Source: an uncultured Chitinophagales bacterium (GTDB lineage Bacteria; Bacteroidota; Ignavibacteria; UBA10030; F1-140-MAGs086). Taken from it: a stretch of 64,000 nt of DNA. Shown here piece after piece: positions 9,253-17,878 of this stretch (position 1 is the stretch's first letter; each line of letters starts with the position of its first letter). The notes under the pieces were generated by a model. That model was not told the DNA's origin and searched no databases. It was given only the letters and a program-made list of their open reading frames with translations. A program made the position numbers and the translations under genes. The stretch lies in the NCBI GenBank assembly GCA_964358705.1, contig CAYHPL010000004.1:62750-126749 (forward strand). The letters are read 5' to 3'.

Positions 9253-9458
9253 AATGTTACCAATCAATTATTACAAAAATTTGATATTAATGATTACATC
9301 ACTACTGAACTAACATTCTCTACATTCATCAGGTTATGATGTAATCGTAAAAAAACTGGGCGTAATATACAATTCAATACAATTCAATACAATTCAATAC
9401 AATTCAATACAAGAAAATTTTGAAAATATTTTTTGAAAACGGACTCATTTGTCTTTAA
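9214..9458 (-). promoter_or_regulatory. Conserved upstream block, copy 1 (first 13 codons + 5' leader + tandem repeat + distal TTGAAAA repeats)
   Basis: Nearly identical to 19628..19872, with only a handful of mismatches by eye over the ~150 nt from taatgattacatcac to tattttttgaaaa. The flanking coding sequences are strongly diverged. It contains an inverted repeat ATTACATCA/TGATGTAAT in the leader. Confidence 0.7.
9367..9412 (-). repeat. Perfect 10-bp tandem repeat, 4 full units plus partial units (plus strand AATTCAATAC; gene-sense GTATTGAATT)
   Basis: Read directly: atac aattcaatac x4 aa. It lies about 115-160 nt upstream of ATG 9252. Confidence 0.95.
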
Positions 9459-9459
9459 C

Positions 9460-9495
9460 AAAAAAAAGGCGACACAGAATTACTTCCGTATCGCC
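9460..9495 (-). terminator. Rho-independent terminator after the 1642-aa gene (repeated element)
   Basis: Minus strand: GGCGATAC-ggaagtaattct-GTGTCGCC-TTTTTTTT. Confidence 0.75.
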
Positions 9496-9528
9496 TTTCG
9501 TGCGTTCCCCCAAATGAAGAGTATTTTT

Positions 9529-12500
9529 CTATTTCATCAGCATCATTTTTTTCACTGATGAAAATTGCTCCTCCGTATCAACATCCTTCGCGGTCAAACG
9601 GTAGAAATATACGCCGCTTGAAATTATATTTGCATCAAATGATACGTTGTAAATGCCAGCATCCATCGTTTCGTTACTGATGAGTGTTGCTACTTCTCTT
9701 CCGAGTACATCGTACACTTTCAAAGAAACATTGCTAACTGCCAACAGCGAAAAGCCAATAGCCGTTTGCGGATTGAACGGATTCGGATAGTTTTGCGTCA
9801 GCGCAAATTCTGTTGGAATAATACCATCCGTTGCGAGCATTCGTGTTTCATCTTTTGTGCCGGGAATGCGTTTGACAATGCCTGACTGATTTGCAGAAAG
9901 AGCGCCAAGTAATGTTACTGCGTACACGTTCTTTTTTCCCGCTACGCTGTCATCGCGCACGACAATTCCCAACGAATCCACTTTGTAATTTGTACTTGCG
10001 AATGTTGTCCAGAATCGTGTATTTATTGGGCGGAGAATATTTTCTGCAAACGACTGCAGATTTGCATAATCATCCGCATTATCAATATTCAATTCATCCC
10101 AGTACGTCATCAGACTATCCATATATTTTCCGATGGCGGAAAGCGTCATTCTTTCCAACTGTCGTCCTGCAAGCGTGAAAGTGGTATCGAGCACAAGCGC
10201 CCCAAATCCTTTTGGAGTAATTCCTTTTGCACTCGCTTTCATATTCAGATTGAAAATGATGCCCTGTTCCCACATAATGTTGTTATACGTTTTTTTATCT
10301 GCTTTGATTGCTTTGGAAAGTTTCTTTGCTTTCTTGCCGGTAGGTCGCAGAGAATCTATCGGATAATATTTTTCTGTGTGCGCGGCAGTGAACATTTTTC
10401 CCAAATCCGCTGCTTTCTTGTATAAAATCCAGCCGTGTGTTTTTGCCGCATCGCCGGTTTGTTCGTAGCCAAGAAATGTTGCGCCGAGTTTTCCCACACG
10501 CAAAAAGAAATTTTCCATTACGGTTGCAGTATTCGGTTGCTCGAGAAGTGCGCCGCTTTTGTATTTCAGTTTTACCGGTTTTGCAGTGAGAGCAACATCT
10601 GCTTTGAATGTGCGGAACGTATATGTATCTGCAAACACGCCGAAGTTCACTGTTGCATTATTTGTGCTGAAGGAAACTTCTGCGCCGTCGCTGTTTTGTG
10701 TGCCAACATAATTCGTCTGCAACACGACTGCAAGAGAATACTCTGCAAGTTCGAGCGCGTTAAAAGAATATTCACCGCTTTCGCTTGTTGTTGCTGTATC
10801 TGCTGCAATGCCGCCGCTACTGAGTATAACGCTCCAACCGTTCAAACCGCTTTCGCTTTCATCTTTTGTGCCGTCTCCATCTGCATCGTTATACACTGTT
10901 CCGCTGATTGTGCCGGTGAGTGATGAAATTTCTTCCGCTCTGAACGGCGTAAAATCTACTGTTCCGAATGAAACGGAATCTGTTCTATCGTAAATTTTTT
11001 CTGCAATAGTTACAGCATTCGTTGTTCCCCACCAGTTATTTGTTGCGTCAATATCATTCGGCGTGCCGTTGTAGAGATTGTAGCCGGTGTTTCCGGAGAA
11101 GTTTTGGTAGTTCAATCCTTCGACGACAATATTTCCTTCCAAATGAATTCCATCGCCGCCGTTATTGATAAATTCGTTTGTTCCATTATTATTGAATTTA
11201 TCTTCCTCAGTTATTGCTCTAAAACGATTAACCCACACATCAATTCTTGGTTCATTACGTAGAAGTATTCCATTTCCAGTGTTGTCAGCGAAAATATTTT
11301 TTAGGATGGTGGAAGTAACACTTCCCGAATCAATGGAAATCTCCAATCCATTTCCTTCATTGTTGGAGAACGTATTTGCGCCAAATCCGACATTCATCGT
11401 ATCATCTGCTTCGTTCGTGAGTGTTGCAAGCAATCCACCATCGCTGAGATTGGTGAAGGAATTATTACTTATTGCAAGACAGTATTCCGTTGCGGATGAA
11501 GTTTTTTGATAGTTTTTCGATTTTCTCGCAACAACTTCATATTTATTTCCTGCGGGCATTTTGTTTGCGCTTTCGCCATCAAACGTATTGCTATCGAGCG
11601 TTGCGCACACATCTTCAAGTCCAATCAAACCGCCTTCACCAAAGTTTGTATGTGTGTTCTTTGTGTAAGTCAGGAAGTCTTCTTGTCCAACGGAAGTAGT
11701 TTTCTGATAGTTTTTGGATTTTCTGACCGCGATTTCATATTTATTTCCTGCGGGAAATTTACTTGAAACAGGTGCAATTCCGTCAAACGAATTTCCATCC
11801 ATTGTTACGGAAGAAGCAACATCGGAAGAATCATCAATCGAAATTGCAACATCGTAACCGATAACGGAATTGTTGTTATACGTGAACATATCTTCCACTG
11901 TTGCAACAGAAGAAGAAGTTTTGCCGATTTTTGAACCGCGACGAAAATTCACTTCATATTTATTTGCCGCTTTGTTTGTTGCGCTTGAAGCATTAAACGT
12001 ATTATTTTCAATCGTTGAAACAAAATCGTCAACATTGAACACGACATCGCCGCCGGAAAAATCATTATCAGCCATTTCCAACACAAGTTGAATTTCAGAA
12101 AATGCAGTTTTGCTAAATCTTTGACCGCGACGAACACTTACTTCATATTTATTTCCCGCTTTGTTGAATACCGGTGTTGCATTGTTGAACGTATTACCCG
12201 TCATTACGAGCGCAACATCCGTATCGTTCACTGTTACATCATAACCATCAAAGGAATTATCTTTCATACTTGCGTAAAACATACTATCGCTTTCCGATTT
12301 ATTGAAACGACTGCTTCTGCGAAATTGCAACTCGTATTTATTGGTTGCTTTTGCAAATGCAGTTCCACTTGTCGCAGTGTTATTTTCAAAATTCATATCC
12401 ACATCTTCCGAAGCAATTAACACATCCACGCTGCAAAAGTGATTGTTCTTTACGTTTGCGGTAAGCGTATCATCACTTGCTGTAGTTTTACCAACTTTTG

Positions 12501-14457
12501 AACCTCTCCTATAATTGACTTCGTATTTATTCGCCGCTTTTCCTGCAACGATAGCGCCGCCGGTAATAGTGTTGTTTTCAAATGTAAGATTTCCGCCTTC
12601 TACAGTTGTAATCGCTTCAACGCCGCAATAATTATTTCCGCTGACGGAAACGTTCATTACGTCAATTGTTGTTCCTGTTTTGCGAACACGATTACTTCCA
12701 CGCACTTGGAGTTCGTATCTGTTTCCCGCTTTATTCTCTTTCGGAATTCCGGGATTGCAATCGGTACATTCGCCGGAAGTAAATAAGTTGTTATCGAATT
12801 TTACATCCGTGTAATCGGCAATATCAAACGTTCCATCTCCATCGGTAAAATGATTGTTTGAAATACTTAATGGCGCACCAGTCCAAAGTTCATCGTGAAC
12901 ATAATCTTGAAGCGCTAATCTACCAAGCGACATTCCGGAAATATTATTGTTATCAAACGTGAACGAGTGAACGCTCAATAACGATTCGGGAAGTGAAAAG
13001 AATGTTGGTTCGCTTAAAAATCCGCCGCTTTCGTAGTCAACAGTGTTGTTTGCAGTTCGGATTGCATCTACATTGGTCGGAAGTTCACTTCGTTTTGATT
13101 TTAACTGCATTGCAGAGGGTGAAGGACCAGTGAATGATGGCACGAGTGTAATAGTGTTTCCGATGGATTGAATTTTCGGAAATTTAATCGAGTCGAGAGG
13201 AATTCCACCAGTGTTTTCGTTATCGAATTCAATATCAATTCCTTTCGGAGTATTGGAAATGGTATTCCCGTCTATGCGATACGTAATATCGAAGAAACTA
13301 TCAACGTGCCAACCGCCGGCAATGGTTCGGATAGCGCTTCCTGTTCCATCGAGGTCAATCAAGTTTCCATACATTCCGACATCTTTATTCGGATTTCCAA
13401 CGACAGAAATTCCATCGCCGCCCGCCCAATAAATATCGTTGTCGTAAATAGTAATTTGGGTTTTTGCAAAAGCATCATTATCAATGGAAATATCAATTGC
13501 ATTTTCTGCGGGAGTAGAAGAAAATCGCGGCGTTCCGTTTTTGCCAAGAAGTTTTAACATCGAAGCGCTTGCACGTCTTGCTTTCTTTCCGCTCAAGGTA
13601 TTTGATGAACCGATAGTAATCGAGGCAAGATTATGCGCATTTGGAATATGCACGGAAGACGTATAAACGGAATCCACTCCACCGAGAATGTGAATTTCTC
13701 CGCCTTCTTCTGTATTGGTAATTACTGTTCCTACATCACAATACAATACGTTGTTATCTTGCTCTGTAATATTTGTTCCGCCGCTCACAGAAATTCCAGT
13801 TGTTGTTGCAGAACCGTAAACCGTGTTGCCTTCTATCATTGCAACTCCTGCTGTTGCAGATTTTGGTCCTGCGCAAGCAGAATATTCAATATTGATTGCA
13901 GTTGTCTGCACATTGATAATTAAACAACCAAAGACATTTACTATACCGCTGTTATCTGCGTGCACATCATATCCGCGTTCCGCGGTTGCTCCCGTAACGC
14001 CACCGCTTTGTATATACACATTACCGTTTTGTTCGCAATCATCAACACGGACTGCGGCTTTCCAGATTTCTGCAGGATTGGGAAACCAAATACAATTGTA
14101 AATCGTAATATCGCGAACTCCTTCGGCTTTAAATGCAATGGAATCGCTAACAAATCCTGGAGGAAGCTGTGAAATGTTGATTTCCGGTTTTTTACTGCCG
14201 CCCTGAAACATAGCAAAATAACCGGGTTGCGATGTTTGCGGATTTAGTTTCAGTTCAAAATCTGTATAAGTCGTATCCATCAGCATCAGCGAAACGGAAT
14301 CTGCGATACCGTTTGTATTGATGTCATCAAGTGCGACACGGAGCGTGGGATAATCGTAACCACCGCTGATGCCAACGGTTTTCGTTACGTTTGAAGCAAA
14401 ACTTGATTGCACGAACAGCGCAAGCAAGAGCGTTACGAATAGTATGAATTGTTTCAT
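9529..14457 (-). CDS. Giant secreted parallel beta-helix repeat protein + SdrD-B-like domain + conserved pre-CTD module + T9SS CTD (1642 aa)
   Basis: Signal peptide MKQFILFVTLLLALFVQSSFA. Short N/G/T-rich PbH1-like coils run throughout (NNTI.G, GNTF.N, NNSF.N). Seven ~64-aa repeats carry AGNKYEV.VRRGSK..KT. The SdrD-B-like segment reads ISGTVYNDADGDGTKDESESGLNGWSV. The CTD reads LTQNYPNPFNPQTAIGF...KKMMLMK. Confidence 0.8.
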   Translation of the reverse strand: MKQFILFVTLLLALFVQSSFASNVTKTVGISGGYDYPTLRVALDDINTNGIADSVSLMLMDTTYTDFELKLNPQTSQPGYFAMFQGGSKKPEINISQLPPGFVSDSIAFKAEGVRDITIYNCIWFPNPAEIWKAAVRVDDCEQNGNVYIQSGGVTGATAERGYDVHADNSGIVNVFGCLIINVQTTAINIEYSACAGPKSATAGVAMIEGNTVYGSATTTGISVSGGTNITEQDNNVLYCDVGTVITNTEEGGEIHILGGVDSVYTSSVHIPNAHNLASITIGSSNTLSGKKARRASASMLKLLGKNGTPRFSSTPAENAIDISIDNDAFAKTQITIYDNDIYWAGGDGISVVGNPNKDVGMYGNLIDLDGTGSAIRTIAGGWHVDSFFDITYRIDGNTISNTPKGIDIEFDNENTGGIPLDSIKFPKIQSIGNTITLVPSFTGPSPSAMQLKSKRSELPTNVDAIRTANNTVDYESGGFLSEPTFFSLPESLLSVHSFTFDNNNISGMSLGRLALQDYVHDELWTGAPLSISNNHFTDGDGTFDIADYTDVKFDNNLFTSGECTDCNPGIPKENKAGNRYELQVRGSNRVRKTGTTIDVMNVSVSGNNYCGVEAITTVEGGNLTFENNTITGGAIVAGKAANKYEVNYRRGSKVGKTTASDDTLTANVKNNHFCSVDVLIASEDVDMNFENNTATSGTAFAKATNKYELQFRRSSRFNKSESDSMFYASMKDNSFDGYDVTVNDTDVALVMTGNTFNNATPVFNKAGNKYEVSVRRGQRFSKTAFSEIQLVLEMADNDFSGGDVVFNVDDFVSTIENNTFNASSATNKAANKYEVNFRRGSKIGKTSSSVATVEDMFTYNNNSVIGYDVAISIDDSSDVASSVTMDGNSFDGIAPVSSKFPAGNKYEIAVRKSKNYQKTTSVGQEDFLTYTKNTHTNFGEGGLIGLEDVCATLDSNTFDGESANKMPAGNKYEVVARKSKNYQKTSSATEYCLAISNNSFTNLSDGGLLATLTNEADDTMNVGFGANTFSNNEGNGLEISIDSGSVTSTILKNIFADNTGNGILLRNEPRIDVWVNRFRAITEEDKFNNNGTNEFINNGGDGIHLEGNIVVEGLNYQNFSGNTGYNLYNGTPNDIDATNNWWGTTNAVTIAEKIYDRTDSVSFGTVDFTPFRAEEISSLTGTISGTVYNDADGDGTKDESESGLNGWSVILSSGGIAADTATTSESGEYSFNALELAEYSLAVVLQTNYVGTQNSDGAEVSFSTNNATVNFGVFADTYTFRTFKADVALTAKPVKLKYKSGALLEQPNTATVMENFFLRVGKLGATFLGYEQTGDAAKTHGWILYKKAADLGKMFTAAHTEKYYPIDSLRPTGKKAKKLSKAIKADKKTYNNIMWEQGIIFNLNMKASAKGITPKGFGALVLDTTFTLAGRQLERMTLSAIGKYMDSLMTYWDELNIDNADDYANLQSFAENILRPINTRFWTTFASTNYKVDSLGIVVRDDSVAGKKNVYAVTLLGALSANQSGIVKRIPGTKDETRMLATDGIIPTEFALTQNYPNPFNPQTAIGFSLLAVSNVSLKVYDVLGREVATLISNETMDAGIYNVSFDANIISSGVYFYRLTAKDVDTEEQFSSVKKMMLMK
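9811..10617 (-). other. Conserved uncharacterised pre-CTD module, copy in beta-helix protein
   Basis: FRTFKADVALTAKPVKLKYK...HGWILYKKAADLGKMFTAAH..YYPIDSLRPTGKKAKKLSKAIKADKKTYNN...FNLNMKASAKGITPKGFGALVLD...IGKYMDSLMTYW. Confidence 0.8.
11482..12738 (-). repeat. Seven in-frame tandem repeats (~190-215 bp, ~64 aa) inside the 1642-aa beta-helix gene
   Basis: Protein motif at aa ~578, 642, 705, 768, 832, 904 and 969: AGNRYELQVRGSNRVRKT, AANKYEVNYRRGSKVGKT, ATNKYELQFRRSSRFNKS, AGNKYEVSVRRGQRFSKT, AANKYEVNFRRGSKIGKT, AGNKYEIAVRKSKNYQKT, AGNKYEVVARKSKNYQKT. On the plus strand the string ttcatatttatttcc recurs with this period. Confidence 0.9.
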
Positions 14458-14475
14458 AAGTGTACCTAAGATAGA

Positions 14476-14501
14476 TGTGAGTAAATAATATGTGAGTAAA
14501 A
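14476..14501 (-). repeat. Direct repeat 2 x 11 bp (ATGTGAGTAAA), 15-bp period, just upstream of the 1642-aa gene start
   Basis: Read directly. It shares the core (G)TGAGTAA with 15021..15059. Confidence 0.8.
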
Positions 14502-14518
14502 AATTATTTTGTAAAACG

Positions 14519-14538
14519 GATAACGCCGTCGTTATCCT
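14519..14538 (-). terminator. Hairpin after the receiver-only gene
   Basis: GGATAACG-ccgt-CGTTATCC is a perfect 8-bp stem. The T-tract is weak on the minus strand (GTTTTAC) and stronger on the plus strand (TGTTTTCTGTTTTTT). Confidence 0.5.
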
Positions 14539-14550
14539 GTTTTCTGTTTT

Positions 14551-14919
14551 TTAAAAAATTGTTTGTGTTCGTTCTGCTTTTGCTATCGTTAATTTCAATT
14601 CCGCAATGTTTATCGGTTTCAATAAATAATCTAACGGGTTATATTTTATCGCCTTCACCGCATATTGCGAGTGTGCTGTAACAAACACAACTTTAAAATC
14701 AATGCGCTCAAACGACTGCAGCAAATCAAATCCTGTCTGAAACGGCATCTCGATATCTAAAAAAACTATATCGGGATTATGTGTTTCAATGGCATGTTTA
14801 CCGGTTGTTGCAGAATCTGCTAATGCAACTATTTCTACATTTGTGCAATATTTTTGCAGCATTGTTTTCAGCACTTGCTGACCTTTATGTTCATCGTCAA
14901 TAATTACGGCGCGAAGCAT
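14551..14919 (-). CDS. Stand-alone response-regulator receiver domain (LytTR-family receiver lacking the LytTR DNA-binding domain)
   Basis: The 122 aa align along their whole length with the receiver half of 19948..20694 (IIDDE, FLDIEMP, VVFVTAH..YA.KAIK...LDYLLKP). The protein stops right after the linker and no LytTR segment follows. Confidence 0.8.
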   Translation of the reverse strand: MLRAVIIDDEHKGQQVLKTMLQKYCTNVEIVALADSATTGKHAIETHNPDIVFLDIEMPFQTGFDLLQSFERIDFKVVFVTAHSQYAVKAIKYNPLDYLLKPINIAELKLTIAKAERTQTIF

Positions 14920-15020
14920 TCTTTAAAAATTTCTAATCGGAAATTAAATCTGTATAGTAAAAAATTCTATGGTAAAATTACTGTTCTCTTTGTTCTTCGC
15001 AAATGAAAAAAAAAGGAAAT

Positions 15021-15059
15021 TGAGTAAGCGGCAGGTTTTGTGAGTAAGCGGCGGGATTT
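15021..15059 (-). repeat. Direct repeat 2 x 19 bp (TGAGTAAGCGGC(A/G)GG(T/A)TTT), 20-bp period, upstream of the receiver-only gene
   Basis: Read directly. It lies about 100-140 nt upstream of ATG 14919. Confidence 0.8.
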
Positions 15060-15102
15060 ATTTAGTATTGAACAGAGAGAAAATGTGGGTTTTGACAAAA
15101 AT

Positions 15103-15137
15103 AAAAAAAAGCGACACAGAATTACTTCCGTATCGCC
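15103..15137 (-). terminator. Rho-independent terminator after the 901-aa gene (repeated element)
   Basis: Minus strand: GGCGATAC-ggaagtaattct-GTGTCGC-TTTTTTTT. The sequence gcgacacagaattacttccgtatcgcctttcgtgc is identical to 9469..9503. Confidence 0.75.
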
Positions 15138-15172
15138 TTTCGTGCAAATGTAAATGCTGGATAATTAAATTG

Positions 15173-17878
15173 TTATTTCATCAAGAGCATCTTCTTTGTT
15201 GCCGAATAATTTCCTGCGGTGAGTTTGTAGATGTACACACCGCTCGAAAGTTTTTTGGCGTCGAACGGGACTTCATAGTAGCCCGCTTCTTTTACGCCAT
15301 TCACTAATGTTGCAATTTCTTTTCCGTTGACATCAAAAATTCTCAAAGAAACAGTTGCATCAACCGGCAATGCAAATTTAATTGTTGTTGCCGGGTTGAA
15401 TGGATTCGGATAGTTTTGTGAGAGTGCAAACTCTTTGGGGAGGTCGCGTAGATTGCCGGTACGTATTTTCTGTTCGCTGATTCCATTATTGCACATAAAT
15501 GAAATTGTGTTGGATTGACCTGATACATTGCTGCCGTTGTCTATCACTTTTACATAATAATATATTCTTACTGGATCTTCGTCCGTGAGAAGTTCTTCTG
15601 AAATATCTGTATAGTTTGTTGTTGATACGGTCGCTTTTTCTATCCACGTTCCAATTGTTCCTCGTTTCTTGAACACTTTGTATTTCAGAGAAGGAAGGTC
15701 TGTTTCAGGCGATGCATCCCATCTGAAACTTGGATGCACAGACGAACCGGGATTATCAGTATCAAGCTGAAGGTTTTTAGGTGCTTCAGGTTTTGGATTT
15801 ATTTTATAAACGCCCTTTGGTGTGCTTACATAAATAAGAGTATCATTAAGTGGGTCGCGAACAAGTTGGTATATTGGAGTTGGAATCGTATCGGTAACAT
15901 CACTCCACGTACTTCCGCCATCAGCAGTTTTGAAAATTTTTCTTCCGTTCGCCGCTATTACCCAAAGATATTTTGATGAATCCGGATACGTCGGGTGCAT
16001 CAATATTTGTTTCACTGTATCCGAACGTGATATCATATTACTCCAGCTTGAACCAGAGTTGGTTGATTTCCAAAAACAGGTTGAATCTGTAGAAGAATAA
16101 CGTTCTCCTCCTGCATAAACTACCGATGGAACTTTAGGATTCAATGCAACCGCATACACTGTTCTGTCTTCATGCGTTGTACCAAGATCCCACTGAGTCC
16201 AATCTGTTCCGTTATTTGTGGTTTTCCATAAACCTTTTGCATCCACTCCTGCATAAATTTTCTGTGAATTATTATTTACAGCATTTGTTGAATCTATCGC
16301 AAGGGAAAAAATATCTTTGTTTTCACCCGGCGGTACTCGTGTGAATGAAGACCACGAAACACCGTCATCCGTGGATTGATAAAGATTATTATGGTCATAC
16401 ACTCTCCCTCCGCAAAGTATTCTCTGTGAATTTTTCGGGTCAAGTGCAAATGTATTGAACCATGAACTGTAATTCAAAGATATTTTATTATTCCAGTCTT
16501 TACCGTTGTTGCTTTCATATATCACGCCGTCATTGCCATTGCTGACACCACATAAAAATCTGTGCGTTCCGTTTTTATGCCAGAAGGTATTGTTTACTGT
16601 TGTCGTGATATCTTCTTCAATTTCATAGTTTGTCCATGTACTGTTTTTATATTGACTTACAGAATTGATTAAAGCGTTACTGCTTACTACCGAATCACGA
16701 TATACTGAAAGCGTTGTACTCCCAGCCATTCCAATCCCTCGGCTTATATCTTCCCAGACTTGCGACCCAATATTCTGAAAAACTCCGGTAGTTGTGCCGA
16801 CAAAAAATGCATCATCACTTCCTTCCGGCTGTATCAATGCTATGGATTTTGTATTCAGTTCATATAATCCTGAATGAACTCCTTCCCGTGCGAAAGATGT
16901 ACAGGCTAAGTTGTCACTGTAATACACGCCATCATTCGTTGCTACATATACTTCTCCGGTGGTTTTATCTACTGTAATGCCATAAATTTTATCTACTGCG
17001 GACGGTAAACTATATGCGTTTTGCCAGCTTTCACCATCGTTTGTTGAATATTTTACTCCTGCCTCACCGCCACTCACGGGCCTGTCTCCATATCCTGCAT
17101 ACACTACTGAATCTCCATACGTCGGGTCATAGTAATACGCCATTGCGGTTACGTTTCTTCCGCCAAGACCACTCTCGCTCCAGTTCACTCCGCCATTTGT
17201 GGAAAACCACACGCCGCGAAATTTTGGAGGTGGCGGGTCTTCTACTCCTGCTTTTAAATCTCCGTCTTCATATTGACTGCCTCCCAACCATACAAGATTT
17301 GGTTTTGTTGGATGAAACACAAGAGACGTAACTGATGTGCGGTTGACAAAGTATGAATCCGCTGCAAATGAATTTCCAAAATCATTACTTTTCCAGAGAG
17401 TCGAAACTCCCGGAATTGAATCTATACCAAGCCACACGCGGTTTGCATCCGATTCATGCGGTGCAAATACAAGACTGCGGGGAACAAGAGTTGAATAATT
17501 TTCAATTTTTACACCCCAACTTGTTCCGGAATTTGTACTACTCCAAATCTCGTGTCCATTATTAGTTACAACATACTTCGGACTATCAATATTACACGCA
17601 ACCACACGGGGGTTTGTAATAGTATTGATATGGTTCCATTGTTCGCTGGCGAAGTCATATTTTATTAAAGTGGTGCCGGAATCGGCGGCATACAAAAACA
17701 GTGTATTGGTACTATCATACGCTGTGGCAATCTGAAGAACAGTATTTGCTCTCCAGGGTCCGTTCAAACTGCTCGTAATTTGCTGAGCATTGGCAACATT
17801 CGCAAACGTCAATAATAGCATTGATGCGAAAGCGCTTATAATACTGAAGCATACGCTTCTCATAGATAATTTTTTCAT
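15173..17878 (-). CDS. Secreted BNR/Asp-box tandem beta-propeller protein + Fn3-like + T9SS CTD (901 aa), paralogue of 4712..7423
   Basis: Asp-boxes TNSGTSWG, STNGGVNWS, STNDGESWQ, STDDGVSWS, TTNNGTDWT, STNSGSSWS, TADGGSTWS. The C-terminal half is collinear with the 903-aa protein (LWVIAANGRKIFKTADGGSTWSDVTDTIPTPIYQL). The CTD reads LSQNYPNPFNPATTIKF...KKMLLMK. Confidence 0.8.
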   Translation of the reverse strand: MKKLSMRSVCFSIISAFASMLLLTFANVANAQQITSSLNGPWRANTVLQIATAYDSTNTLFLYAADSGTTLIKYDFASEQWNHINTITNPRVVACNIDSPKYVVTNNGHEIWSSTNSGTSWGVKIENYSTLVPRSLVFAPHESDANRVWLGIDSIPGVSTLWKSNDFGNSFAADSYFVNRTSVTSLVFHPTKPNLVWLGGSQYEDGDLKAGVEDPPPPKFRGVWFSTNGGVNWSESGLGGRNVTAMAYYYDPTYGDSVVYAGYGDRPVSGGEAGVKYSTNDGESWQNAYSLPSAVDKIYGITVDKTTGEVYVATNDGVYYSDNLACTSFAREGVHSGLYELNTKSIALIQPEGSDDAFFVGTTTGVFQNIGSQVWEDISRGIGMAGSTTLSVYRDSVVSSNALINSVSQYKNSTWTNYEIEEDITTTVNNTFWHKNGTHRFLCGVSNGNDGVIYESNNGKDWNNKISLNYSSWFNTFALDPKNSQRILCGGRVYDHNNLYQSTDDGVSWSSFTRVPPGENKDIFSLAIDSTNAVNNNSQKIYAGVDAKGLWKTTNNGTDWTQWDLGTTHEDRTVYAVALNPKVPSVVYAGGERYSSTDSTCFWKSTNSGSSWSNMISRSDTVKQILMHPTYPDSSKYLWVIAANGRKIFKTADGGSTWSDVTDTIPTPIYQLVRDPLNDTLIYVSTPKGVYKINPKPEAPKNLQLDTDNPGSSVHPSFRWDASPETDLPSLKYKVFKKRGTIGTWIEKATVSTTNYTDISEELLTDEDPVRIYYYVKVIDNGSNVSGQSNTISFMCNNGISEQKIRTGNLRDLPKEFALSQNYPNPFNPATTIKFALPVDATVSLRIFDVNGKEIATLVNGVKEAGYYEVPFDAKKLSSGVYIYKLTAGNYSATKKMLLMK

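Noticed and set aside
9367-9412. Possible CRISPR-like array (also 19778..19825)
   Set aside because: The 10-bp units are directly abutting with no spacers. There are only ~4.5 units and no cas genes anywhere in the window. It is a simple tandem repeat in a promoter region.
11482-12738. ~190-bp periodic DNA repeat that could be mistaken for a non-coding repeat array
   Set aside because: The periodicity lies entirely in-frame within a long ORF and corresponds to a repeated protein motif, so it is a coding repeat.
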